Source of the DNA: an uncultured Acidimicrobiales bacterium
GTDB lineage: Bacteria > Actinomycetota > Acidimicrobiia > Acidimicrobiales > UBA10347
Length of the DNA: 64,000 nucleotides
NCBI GenBank assembly: GCA_938015575.1
Contig: CALLPT010000177.1
Location: forward strand, 8,182-72,181
Reading direction: 5' to 3'
Below the pieces are notes generated by a model. It saw nothing but the letters and a program-made list of their open reading frames with translations. It was not told the origin of the DNA and made no database searches. This document shows, piece after piece, positions 36,781 to 45,587 of this stretch. Each line of letters begins with the position of its first letter. Position 1 is the stretch's first letter. A program made the position numbers and the translations under genes.

Positions 36781-37521
36781 GTGGCGATTTCGCTTACGCC
36801 GATCGGCGACCTGGCATCGGCACTGCAGCTCCGAGACCGAGAACTCGTGTCGATCGTCGGCGGTGGAGGCAAGACGACCACGCTGTTCGCCTTGGGAACA
36901 CAGCTGTCGGGTCGGGTCGTGCTGACCACGACGACCAAGATGGGTTCGGAACGCGACGAGGGCGTCCCGGTGCTGATCGCACCGAGCGACGACGACCTCG
37001 ACCGCCACTTCACCAACTCGTCAAGGGCTCTGGTTTGGTCCGATCGAAGCGGCCACCGTGCCGACGGTGTGTCGCCGACCGACTGTGACCGTTGGTTCCG
37101 CACAGGTCTCGCCGACCATGTCGTGATCGAGGCAGACGGGTCTCGGCGCAAACCGTTCAAGGCGCCGTATGACTACGAGCCGGTGATCGCGTCGCAAACG
37201 ACAACACTCATTGCCTGCATTGGCGCTCACGCGCTCGGTCAGCCGATCATCGATTCCTGTCACCGTGCCGACGCGGTCGTGGACATCGTGGGCGGCACAA
37301 CCGAGGATCCTCTCACTCCCGAGTCCGCGGCCCAGGTACTCCTGGACCCCGCCGGATCTCGAAAAGGGTTGCCACAAGGAGCGGGGTACGCCGTGCTCAT
37401 CCACCGGGTCGACCGCGACGACGATCGGGTCGAACGGGGCTTGGTCGAGCGACTCGTTTCGGCGATCGGATCCGACGTGCCGGTTTTCTGCATCGCCACG
37501 GTGGCCGGCCCAGCCCGCTGA
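36781..37521 (+). CDS. yqeC: YqeC-like selenium-dependent molybdenum hydroxylase accessory protein
   Basis: In-frame GTG 36781 gives 246 aa. LQLRDRELVSIVGGGGKTTTLFAL...VLTTTTKM...IEADGSRRKPFKAP matches my memory of the YqeC (TIGR03172) pattern. Confidence 0.7.
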   Translation: MAISLTPIGDLASALQLRDRELVSIVGGGGKTTTLFALGTQLSGRVVLTTTTKMGSERDEGVPVLIAPSDDDLDRHFTNSSRALVWSDRSGHRADGVSPTDCDRWFRTGLADHVVIEADGSRRKPFKAPYDYEPVIASQTTTLIACIGAHALGQPIIDSCHRADAVVDIVGGTTEDPLTPESAAQVLLDPAGSRKGLPQGAGYAVLIHRVDRDDDRVERGLVERLVSAIGSDVPVFCIATVAGPAR

Positions 37522-37992
37522 TCAGTCTTGGCGCAATCGCTCGATGATGCGTTCGAAGACGTCGGCAACGATCTCGTGCTCGTCAGTCCCGACCAGATCG
37601 ATCAAGGCCTCGCGGACGTCACGCACATGGTGCGGGGCGGTCGCCTGAAGCGCGGCGAAACCCTCGTCGGTCAGACAGGCGAAGGTGCCACGGCGATCTT
37701 CGGGGCACTTCTCGCGGCTCACATAGCCGCGCTTGGCCAATCGGTCGACCCGCTGCGTCAAGCGGCTCTGTGAATGCACGAGGCGCTGCGACAGGTCACT
37801 CATCCGCAACCGCCGCTCGGGTGTCTCGGAGAGATGGACAAGCACCTCGTAGTCCTCGATGGCGAGATCGGCGGCAGTCTTGAGGCCCTCATTGAGTCGA
37901 CGATCGATGAGATTGACGGCCCGTAGATAGGCGCGCCAGGTCCGCATTTCGGCGTCGTTGAGCCAGGGCGGCTCGGCTGCGGCGGAAGTCAC
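37522..37992 (-). CDS. MarR-family transcriptional regulator
   Basis: Winged-helix core RMSDLSQRLVHSQSRLTQRVDRLAKRGYVSREKCPEDRRGTFACLTDEG. Two Cys residues flank the wing. Confidence 0.85.
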   Translation of the reverse strand: MTSAAAEPPWLNDAEMRTWRAYLRAVNLIDRRLNEGLKTAADLAIEDYEVLVHLSETPERRLRMSDLSQRLVHSQSRLTQRVDRLAKRGYVSREKCPEDRRGTFACLTDEGFAALQATAPHHVRDVREALIDLVGTDEHEIVADVFERIIERLRQD

Positions 37993-38024
37993 AGTCTTGA
38001 GACTAGTCCATGGGGTTGCATTAA

Positions 38025-38058
38025 TTCAAGATTGAAGTAATAATCATTCAACCTTGAA
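38025..38058. promoter_or_regulatory. two 12-bp palindromes TTCAAnnTTGAA in the AT-rich MarR/azoR divergent region (candidate MarR operators)
   Basis: TTCAAGATTGAA (38025-38036) and TTCAACCTTGAA (38047-38058), with centres 22 bp apart. This is one of the most AT-rich stretches I noticed in the window. Confidence 0.55.
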
Positions 38059-38097
38059 CTATCTGGCCTGCTGGCCCGAACACCTGGAGCAACCACG

Positions 38098-38685
38098 ATG
38101 ACCACTGTCTTGCACATCGCAGCCTCGACTCGAGGAACGGAGTCCGCCACTGGGCTTCTTGCCGGCGAGCTGATCGAACGTCTCACCGGTCCTGACACCA
38201 CCGTGATCGAGCGACGCCTGGTTGACGGCGGCGTCCCACAACTGTCGGTCGCGGCCACGGCCAATCTGACGACCGCGCCGACCGATCGAGCCCCCGCCTC
38301 CGCAGAGGTTCTCGCGGCAGGTGACCAACTCATCGCCGAGCTCGATGCCGCCGACATCGTTGTGATCGGCGCGCCGATCTACAACTTCGGCCCGCCGTCG
38401 GCACTCAAAGCCTGGGCCGACCTGGTCGCCCGCGCCGGCGTCACGTTCACTTATACCGAGACCGGGCCCGCCGGCCTGTTGCGTGACCGTCCCGTCTACA
38501 TCGTTTCGGCGAGCGGTGGAACGCCCATCGGAAGCGAGATCGACTTCGGTACCACCTGGCTTCGGATGTTCCTGAACTTCCTCGGGATCACCAACGTCAC
38601 GGTGATCGGCGCCGATGGCCTGGCCATGGATCCCGAAACCGGGCTCGCGAAGGCACGCGACCAGATCGCGCTGGTGAACGCGTGA
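38098..38685 (+). CDS. azoR: FMN-dependent NADH-azoreductase
   Basis: VLHIAASTRG...S, IVVIGAPIYNFGPPSALKAWADLVARAGVTF, YIVSASGG. Confidence 0.88.
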   Translation: MTTVLHIAASTRGTESATGLLAGELIERLTGPDTTVIERRLVDGGVPQLSVAATANLTTAPTDRAPASAEVLAAGDQLIAELDAADIVVIGAPIYNFGPPSALKAWADLVARAGVTFTYTETGPAGLLRDRPVYIVSASGGTPIGSEIDFGTTWLRMFLNFLGITNVTVIGADGLAMDPETGLAKARDQIALVNA

Positions 38686-39416
38686 TGGCGACCCTCGAAG
38701 TACCCACCCGACGCATCCATCGAGCCAACGAACGGTTCCATACCAACCTCGGCTGGCTGGACAGCCGCCATAGTTTCAGCTTCGGCCACCACCACGACCC
38801 GACCAACACCGGGCATGGCTTGCTCATCGTCTCGAACGACGACCGAGTCGAAGCCGGCCAAGGGTTCGGCACCCATGGGCACCGAGACATGGAAATCGTG
38901 ACATGGGTACTGTCGGGGGCACTCGAGCACCGCGACTCCCAAGGCAACCATGGCGTGCTCCATCCCGGACTCGCCCAACGCATGTCCGCAGGCACAGGCA
39001 TTCAACACTCCGAGATGAACGCAAGAGCGACCGAACCCGTGCACTTTGTGCAGATGTGGGTGGTGCCCGATCAGGCTGGTTACGCACCCGGCTACGAACA
39101 ACGCGACGTCAACCTCGACCTCGCTTCCGGTGAGCTCGTTCCCGTCGTCTCGGGCCGCGGTCACGAAGGGGCTGTCTCGCTCAACCAACCCGACGCCGTC
39201 ATGTGGGTCGCTCGCCTCGATGCCGAGGCCAACATCCAACTCCCCGATGCCCCGTTCGTACATGTCTTCGTCGCCCGCGGAAGTGCAGTTCTCGGCGACG
39301 AGCACCTGGCCGAGGGCGATGCGTGCCGTCTTACCGACGCCGGCACGCTCGCCCTCCGGGCCAGCGACGCGAGCGAGATCATCGTGTGGGAATCTGGTAG
39401 CGAGGTGAACCGATGA
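38682..39416 (+). CDS. pirin-family protein
   Basis: GWLDSRHSFSFGHHHDP, GFGTHGHRDMEIVTWVLSGALEHRDS (cupin metal ligands). 4-nt overlap with azoR. Confidence 0.88.
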   Translation: MMATLEVPTRRIHRANERFHTNLGWLDSRHSFSFGHHHDPTNTGHGLLIVSNDDRVEAGQGFGTHGHRDMEIVTWVLSGALEHRDSQGNHGVLHPGLAQRMSAGTGIQHSEMNARATEPVHFVQMWVVPDQAGYAPGYEQRDVNLDLASGELVPVVSGRGHEGAVSLNQPDAVMWVARLDAEANIQLPDAPFVHVFVARGSAVLGDEHLAEGDACRLTDAGTLALRASDASEIIVWESGSEVNR

Positions 39417-39907
39417 CCGAGACTGGCGAGACCATGGACCGCACAGATGAGTGGGCGGGCCTACGGGCCAAACATCTCCATACCGACCGGCCCCCGTCGA
39501 GCGCACAAGGCGTGCACCACTTCGCCTTGCTCTCGTCGAACGTCGAGGCGACGATCGACTTCTACCAAGGGGTCCTTGAGTTCCCGCTCACCGAGCTGTT
39601 CGAGAATCGGGACTATCCCGGCTCGACGCACTTCTTCTTCGATGTCGGCAATGGCAACGCCTTGGCCTTCTTCGACTTCCCCGGTCTCGGGCTCGAGAAA
39701 TACCAAGAAGTGTTGGGTGGATTTCACCATCTGGCGATCTCGGTGACCCCGGAGAAGCAGCAGCACCTGCGGGCCAAACTCGAAGCGGCGGGCATCGAGA
39801 TCGTGTTCGAGCACCAATCGTCGATCTACTTCAACGGCCCCGATGGCGAGCGCTTGGAGTTGCTCGCCGATGAGCTCGGGGAGATGTACGGCCAGACCGT
39901 CCTGTAG
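39413..39907 (+). CDS. VOC-family (glyoxalase/bleomycin-resistance/extradiol dioxygenase) protein
   Basis: VHHFALLSSNVEATIDFYQGVLEFPL...FHHLAISV...GPDGERLEL. 4-nt overlap with the pirin gene. Confidence 0.8.
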   Translation: MTETGETMDRTDEWAGLRAKHLHTDRPPSSAQGVHHFALLSSNVEATIDFYQGVLEFPLTELFENRDYPGSTHFFFDVGNGNALAFFDFPGLGLEKYQEVLGGFHHLAISVTPEKQQHLRAKLEAAGIEIVFEHQSSIYFNGPDGERLELLADELGEMYGQTVL

Positions 39908-39931
39908 GCGCTGGTCCCGGGCTGATGCTGG

Positions 39932-40477
39932 CTACTCGTCAGCTGCTCGGGGTTCGGCGGCGACCTCGAAGTCGAACGACAGTGTCTCGAGGTCGGTCAT
40001 CCGGATCGCAGTATCGAACACGTTCGATGTGCCCGGCTCGGTGAGCCCGCACCGGAAGATCTGGTCCTGGTCGAGGACGATGGCGACCTCGCCGCAGTCG
40101 AGCGCGTCGACGGTCAGACCAAAGTCGCCCTGCGCGTTCATCGAGTCGACCACGGTCGCGGCGATGGCGGTGAGCGCGTCGGGGCGAACGACGTTGGTCG
40201 TCGAGGCGACGATGTGGTCCTCTCGATCGATCAGGACTTCGATGTCGACCCGTGTCCCGTCGTGCAACGCGTTGCAGCCAAAGGTGGTCCCGACCGCTTC
40301 GGAAGCAGGCTCGTCACAGGCCGCGTCGGTGAGCGCCAGTCCCAGGTTGTCGGCAAGGTCACCCTCGATCAGCGCCACCGCCGAGTCACCGATCGAGTCG
40401 CCACCAAAGGAGCACGACGTAAACATGGTCAGGCTCAGCACGAGCCCGAGGATCGTGGCAGCCGCCTTGGGGGTCAT
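39932..40477 (-). CDS. lipoprotein with duplicated DUF4333-like Cys-containing modules
   Basis: Probable lipobox MFTSC. Two similar segments carry paired Cys (DAACDEP...FGCNAL / LDCGEV...FRCGL). Confidence 0.6.
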   Translation of the reverse strand: MTPKAAATILGLVLSLTMFTSCSFGGDSIGDSAVALIEGDLADNLGLALTDAACDEPASEAVGTTFGCNALHDGTRVDIEVLIDREDHIVASTTNVVRPDALTAIAATVVDSMNAQGDFGLTVDALDCGEVAIVLDQDQIFRCGLTEPGTSNVFDTAIRMTDLETLSFDFEVAAEPRAADE

Positions 40478-40583
40478 GAGCGTCCTTTCGACCGTTCGAG
40501 CTTAAGTCACCGAAGGCCCCCGTGGACCGAGCCCCGTCGTTTCGGTTTGGATTCAGAACCCGCAGCCTCCACGCTGGACAGCC

Positions 40584-41381
40584 GTGACCCACGCCTTCGA
40601 CGAAGAAACACGCATCGAACGAATCGACGATTCACGATTCGCGACGACGCTCACCGGCGAGTGGAACATCGGCGACAATCCGAACGGGGGCTACCTGTTG
40701 GCGCCGCTGCAGCGGGCGATGGCGACCGTCTCGGGACATCCTGATCCGCTCTCGGTCACTACGCACTACCTCCGTCCTGGCGAAGTCGGACCGGCAGAGA
40801 TCGAGGTCGAGCGCATCCGGACCGGGCGCACCATCGGCACCGTCCGCGGACGCCTGATCCAAAACGGCAAGACGAAGATCGAGTCGATCGCGGCGTTCAC
40901 GGATCTGACGGCTGGCGCCCATGTCGCGGACGTCTCGCTTCCCATGCCGGACATGCCTCCGCCCGAAGCCTGCCCGTCTCGCCAAGTCCTGACCCAGGGC
41001 GTGGATCTTCCGATCATCAATCGGGTCGATGTGCGGATCCATCCCGACCATGTGCTTGGGGCTTCCGGACGAGAACCCGTGATCCATGGCTGGATCCGCT
41101 TCCACGACGAACGGCCAGTCGACGCGGCCGCGCTCACCCTGTTCGCCGACGCATTCCCGCCCCCGCTGTTTGCGCTCGTCGGTCGGATCGGGTGGGTCCC
41201 AACCATCGAACTCACCGTGCAGTTGCGCAGGCGTCCGGTCGATGGTTGGATCCTCGGGTCGTTCCGCACGAGCGATATTGCGGCAACGCGCACGATCGAG
41301 GATGGCTTGCTGTGGGACCAGAGCGGTCAGCTGGTCGCCATGGCACGCCAGGTCGGGCTGGTTTTGAACTCGGGCGCCTAG
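40584..41381 (+). CDS. acyl-CoA thioesterase II-like (double hotdog) protein
   Basis: WNIGDNPNGGYLLAPL, VTTHYLRPG, RTGRTIGTVRGRLIQNG, IELTVQLRR. The pattern resembles TesB-like thioesterases. Confidence 0.7.
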   Translation: MTHAFDEETRIERIDDSRFATTLTGEWNIGDNPNGGYLLAPLQRAMATVSGHPDPLSVTTHYLRPGEVGPAEIEVERIRTGRTIGTVRGRLIQNGKTKIESIAAFTDLTAGAHVADVSLPMPDMPPPEACPSRQVLTQGVDLPIINRVDVRIHPDHVLGASGREPVIHGWIRFHDERPVDAAALTLFADAFPPPLFALVGRIGWVPTIELTVQLRRRPVDGWILGSFRTSDIAATRTIEDGLLWDQSGQLVAMARQVGLVLNSGA

Positions 41382-41422
41382 TTTCCAGCAGCCACGAGGG
41401 CTCGGCTGGCGGGGCGGGTCGC

Positions 41423-41920
41423 TTAGGTCAGCATCGCGGTGACGATCGCCATCGCGATGACCGCAGGCAAGAATCCGATGATCGCCGTGATCACGGCCTG
41501 GGTCGTGGTCATCTCGGCGGCCTGGCGCATGCCGACGATGATGGCGACGAGGCTCCAGATCGCACCTACGAAGCCGAGGAATGGAATGATGCCAAGCACT
41601 CGAGGGGCATACGCGTAGCCCGTGGTCCGCAGCATCTCGCCGGTATCGGTGGTCGTCACGTTGAAGACCTTTTGGGCAACAAAGGCAGACAGCCAGGCCC
41701 AGATGAACCAACCGATCAGCAGAATCGCGATGGTGGCAATGAAGCCCCACAGGCCGTTGACGAAAAGGCTTCCGAGCGCGCCGATGAGCGAGGAGACCAC
41801 GACGACGACACCGGCCTCGGGCGTCGCCGACGTATCAGCTTCGGCAGCCTCGAAGGTGTTGACATCGAGTCGAGAGACACCGATGGATCGTTGCAATGCG
41901 CGTGCGGGGATGACAGCCAT
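41423..41920 (-). CDS. Yip1-domain membrane protein
   Basis: 165 aa with 4-5 TM helices and the typical layout (soluble N-terminus, then LIGALGSLF...WAWLSAFVAQKVF...GYAYAPRVLGIIPFLG). Confidence 0.65.
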   Translation of the reverse strand: MAVIPARALQRSIGVSRLDVNTFEAAEADTSATPEAGVVVVVSSLIGALGSLFVNGLWGFIATIAILLIGWFIWAWLSAFVAQKVFNVTTTDTGEMLRTTGYAYAPRVLGIIPFLGFVGAIWSLVAIIVGMRQAAEMTTTQAVITAIIGFLPAVIAMAIVTAMLT

Positions 41921-41952
41921 GGCGTCACCCTAGATCGATCGCGTCGACCCCG

Positions 41953-43584
41953 TCAGCGAACCGAGGTTCCGTTCTTCTCCCGGTACATGCTTCGGTCCGC
42001 CGCGTGGATCAATGCGTCGACCGAGCGAACACCTCGGACATCGGTCGCGAGTCCGCAGCTGGTGGTACATCGCACCGTGTGGCCATCGACGTGAATCTCT
42101 GCCGCGACGGCTTCGCGCAGGCGCTGGCCGAGTTCGACTGCTTGTGAGGCGTCGGTGTCCCGACACAGGACGAGGAACTCATCGCCACCGAGGCGACCCA
42201 ATTCGTCGCGCGGCCCGAGCTCGTCTTGCAGACGAGCCGCAATCACCGCGAGCACGCGGTCGCCGATGCGGTGCCCGTACTCGTCGTTCAGGTGTTTGAA
42301 GTTGTTCAGATCCAAGAACGCGACTGTGGTCGCGGTCCCCGTTGAGCGAGCCTCGGCCTGCATCTGCTCGAGCGCTTCGAGGATGGCTCGGCGGTTCAAG
42401 ATGCCCGTCAGCGCATCGGTCGCCGCCCGCTCCGCAAGCTCACAGGCTTGTTTCCAACGATCGGTGATGTCCTCGATCGAAACGAGTACGCCGGCCTCGC
42501 GGCTGCCGAGGGAGCGCACACGGGTGTGGCAGCGGCGCTCGGTTCCATCGGGTCGGAAGATCGACCCTTCGACATCGGAATCCGTTCCCTGCAGAGCGCG
42601 TTCAAACGCCTCGTAGAGCCCGCGTCGGTCCTCGCGCGGCACCTGATCCAGGAAGGCAATCGGCGAGGCCTTGGTGCCAGCAATGGCCGCCAGATGGTTG
42701 TTCGCAAACAAGACCTCGCCCTGCGAGGACAGATGCACGATCCCGTGAGGCATCGATTCGGTCAGGTAGCTGAGAAGCTGCTCGCGTTGGTAGAGCGCGT
42801 CGGATGCGGCCATCGATTCACTGATGTCAAGCATCTCGCACCGGACAAAGCCCTCGGTGTCGAGCAGATTCGTCGTCGTGATCTCGAACCAGACCCAACG
42901 CTCGCCGTCCTTGTGGCGATAGCGGCAGCGGCGGCGACTGACCGCGCCAGGTGCGGCCAGGGTCTCGGCCCATGAAAGGACCGATTCGGTCTGATCGTCG
43001 GGGTGCACGAAGTCGATACGGGGCCGCGACAGAAATTCGTCGACCGACCAACCCAGGAGGCGCTCGATTGCTGGATCGGCGGTAAGGGTGTGGCCCAGGT
43101 CGGACGAGGTATGAACCAACAGTCGCGGCGGCGGGGCGGGGCGGACGGTGGGATGCTCGGCAGCCGCCCCGGGCACGATGACCGCGATGAACGTGCCGAC
43201 TTCTTCGCGTAGATCCCAGAGCGAGAGTGCATGCGGCTCGGGGCTTGCGGCGGTTTGCACCGTGCACTCTGCGAATCCGCTTCGCCAGCAACGGGCGAAC
43301 GCGGACAACGTTGTGCGGCGATCGTCGGCACCGAGCAGCTCCATCGATGCGATCGAGTTCGTCGGACCCGCTGCATCGGTCCGATACTCGCCGAGCAGTC
43401 CCGCAAGTTGAGGCGGAAGCGCACCCCATCGGAGGCCGTCGGTGCCGAGCGAGAGACCGCGGGCTCGTGGCTGGCTCGCGACGAAGTCGACCAGGTCATG
43501 CAGTTGTGGTCGTGTCGTGGGCCTGAGGCCGACCGAGCCTTGGTCGACCGAGGCTGCGCTGGCGTGCCCCATAGTGGGGACCAT
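41953..43584 (-). CDS. diguanylate cyclase with tandem PAS domains
   Basis: DALTGILNRRAI, FLDLNNFKHLNDEYGHRIGD, RLGGDEFLVL. No RxxD I-site (GPRD). Start uncertain (ATG 43584 or 43572; listed 43671). Confidence 0.88.
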   Translation of the reverse strand: MVPTMGHASAASVDQGSVGLRPTTRPQLHDLVDFVASQPRARGLSLGTDGLRWGALPPQLAGLLGEYRTDAAGPTNSIASMELLGADDRRTTLSAFARCWRSGFAECTVQTAASPEPHALSLWDLREEVGTFIAVIVPGAAAEHPTVRPAPPPRLLVHTSSDLGHTLTADPAIERLLGWSVDEFLSRPRIDFVHPDDQTESVLSWAETLAAPGAVSRRRCRYRHKDGERWVWFEITTTNLLDTEGFVRCEMLDISESMAASDALYQREQLLSYLTESMPHGIVHLSSQGEVLFANNHLAAIAGTKASPIAFLDQVPREDRRGLYEAFERALQGTDSDVEGSIFRPDGTERRCHTRVRSLGSREAGVLVSIEDITDRWKQACELAERAATDALTGILNRRAILEALEQMQAEARSTGTATTVAFLDLNNFKHLNDEYGHRIGDRVLAVIAARLQDELGPRDELGRLGGDEFLVLCRDTDASQAVELGQRLREAVAAEIHVDGHTVRCTTSCGLATDVRGVRSVDALIHAADRSMYREKNGTSVR

Positions 43585-43700
43585 AATTGGGTACGACGCC
43601 CGTCGCGGCGGAAGGGGCCATTTGACCCGGGAAGACGGACTGGGTGACCTATATGGGCGACACTTTGGCACCGAGACGTGTCATGCAGTGAACTCACAGC

Positions 43701-44525
43701 ATGCGATTCGGCTTCGTCCTTCCAAACAACTGGGGCATCGACGATGTCGGTGCGATCGGTGACCTTGCCGTCGAGGCCGAAGACCTCGGCCTCGACTCGG
43801 TGTGGGTGAACCATCACATCGTGAATGCCGGCTACATCGCCGAGCGTCTCGACGATCGCCCCTACCACGATGCGCTCACGCTGTTGACCTGGGTTGCGGC
43901 ACAAACCAGCCAGGTGCAGCTCGGCACCTCGGTGCTCGTCATGCCGTATCTGCATCCGATGGCGACGGCGAAATCACTGGCCACGCTCGACCAGCTGTCT
44001 GGTGGTCGGGTGATCGCCGGCCTCGGCGTCGGCTCGTTGCCCGAGGAGAACGAGATCCTCGGCGTCGAGTACGACCGGCGAGGCGAGTTCGGCAACCAGT
44101 TCATCGAGGTCATGCGCGCCTTGTGGGCTGACGGGCCAGCCGCGTTCGATGGCGAGTTCTGGTCCGCGTCTGACGTCATCGCCGCGCCGAAGCCGGCTCA
44201 GCAGCAGCTACCGATCTGGATCGGTGGAAGTGGCGGGCCAGCGCAACGGCGCGCGGTCGCGTACGGCGACGGCTGGCATCCGATGTGCTCCGTCGACGGG
44301 CTGGCACAACGCATGGAACGCTTCCGGCCGATGCTCGAAGACGCGGGACGCTCCCGCGCCGAGATGGTCGTTGCGCCCCGCGTCGATGTCAGCGAGGTCG
44401 CCGACGCCGCTGCCGTCACCGCTTGGGCAAACGCCGGCGCCGATGAGTTGATCGTGTCCGCCAGCGGCGGTGACATCGAAACGCATCGCGCTGCCATGCG
44501 GCACGTCGCCGACCTGGCCAAGTAG
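43701..44525 (+). CDS. LLM-class (luciferase-like) flavin/F420-dependent oxidoreductase
   Basis: MRFGFVLPN, LGLDSVWVNHH, SGGRVIAGLGVGSL, LPIWIGGSG. Confidence 0.85.
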   Translation: MRFGFVLPNNWGIDDVGAIGDLAVEAEDLGLDSVWVNHHIVNAGYIAERLDDRPYHDALTLLTWVAAQTSQVQLGTSVLVMPYLHPMATAKSLATLDQLSGGRVIAGLGVGSLPEENEILGVEYDRRGEFGNQFIEVMRALWADGPAAFDGEFWSASDVIAAPKPAQQQLPIWIGGSGGPAQRRAVAYGDGWHPMCSVDGLAQRMERFRPMLEDAGRSRAEMVVAPRVDVSEVADAAAVTAWANAGADELIVSASGGDIETHRAAMRHVADLAK

Positions 44526-44534
44526 GCAGTCGCG

Positions 44535-44562
44535 GAGCTGCGGTGTCTGACACCCGCAGCTC
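44535..44562. terminator. GC-rich hairpin built on the palindrome GGTGTCTGACACC in a convergent gap (candidate bidirectional terminator or REP-like element)
   Basis: GAGCTGCGGTGTC-t-GACACCCGCAGCTC with one bulged C. It shares its 13-nt core with the repeat at 35829-35841. No U-run on either side. Confidence 0.45.
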
Positions 44563-44625
44563 ACGTCGGTTGGGGGCGTCGGACAACGGCAACTTCTTCA
44601 CGGGCGGACATCGCACCGTTGGCCT

Positions 44626-45507
44626 TTAGTCGGGGCGAGTGCCCCAGGCGATCTCGACGAGCAAGCCGCAGTGGTCGCTGGCTTGCACGCCCGTCAACGG
44701 TTCGTGGGCAACCACCTTGGCGGACAGCACCCGTCCGGCATCGCCCGCTCGCAGGAACGGATCGCCGACGAATACGTAGTCGATGCGCTTGCGGTGCACA
44801 TTGAGCGAAGCGGCAAGCTCGTGGGTTCGCCAGTCCTGGGTCAACCCGGGACCGCCGTCGCCCGCGGTCGCCCAGGCGTCTTGCCAATACACGGTGCGTC
44901 CGCCGAGCTGGGTGTAGCCCTTGAGAAACCGGATCTCGTCGCTCTCCGGTTCGGCATTGAAGTCGCCAGTGAGAATCGCCGGCATGTGCTCGCGCGGATT
45001 CGGCGGGTCGACAAACGAATCCCGATCGCCACGTAGCTCGGTGACGTGATCCTGGATCGCTTGCACCTGGACCTGGCGATGCCGGCCATGGCTTGGTGCA
45101 GCCGCCAGGTGGGTCGTGAACAGATCAAGCCCCGCGGTCCGCGCGTGCAGAAGTTCCCACGGCATGCCGGTCAGGTAGAAGTCTTCCGGCTCCGGCGCCA
45201 ACGGCAGACGAAACGTCGTGTGTTCATCGATCGGCCAGCGACTCAAGATCGCCGACCCGAAGCGCATGTTCGGCTTCTCGCGTTCGGTCCACGCAACCGC
45301 ATGTCCACCAAAGACGAACTCGTAGTGATCCTGGGCATGGTCGGCCAGCCAGCGGGCAGTGTTGTCTTCGCCAATGTCCTGCCACACTTCTTGCAGACAG
45401 ATCACATCGGGACCGAGCTTGTCGATCCAGGCAACGATCTCGTGACGCCGTTCGGCCCAGCCCGCCTCGAAGAGTGACCCGATGTTCAACGTGAGCACGC
45501 GGAGCAC
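44626..45507 (-). CDS. endonuclease/exonuclease/phosphatase (EEP) family protein
   Basis: In-frame GTG 45507 gives VLRVLTLNIGS...DVICLQEV...ILTGDFN...SDHCGLLVEI. The listed start 45618 overlaps the divergent molybdoenzyme gene. Confidence 0.8.
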   Translation of the reverse strand: MLRVLTLNIGSLFEAGWAERRHEIVAWIDKLGPDVICLQEVWQDIGEDNTARWLADHAQDHYEFVFGGHAVAWTEREKPNMRFGSAILSRWPIDEHTTFRLPLAPEPEDFYLTGMPWELLHARTAGLDLFTTHLAAAPSHGRHRQVQVQAIQDHVTELRGDRDSFVDPPNPREHMPAILTGDFNAEPESDEIRFLKGYTQLGGRTVYWQDAWATAGDGGPGLTQDWRTHELAASLNVHRKRIDYVFVGDPFLRAGDAGRVLSAKVVAHEPLTGVQASDHCGLLVEIAWGTRPD

Positions 45508-45587
45508 CGTTGCAGCATATGGGACCTGGCCCGCAGGCGCAGGCGACCGCCCGTTGACGTCCGAGTCATCGGTTTCACTAGCTTGAG

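Noticed and set aside
38496-39506. 336-aa minus-strand ORF
   Set aside because: It is antisense to the azoR 3' end, the pirin gene and the VOC gene start, all of which have clear family motifs on the + strand.
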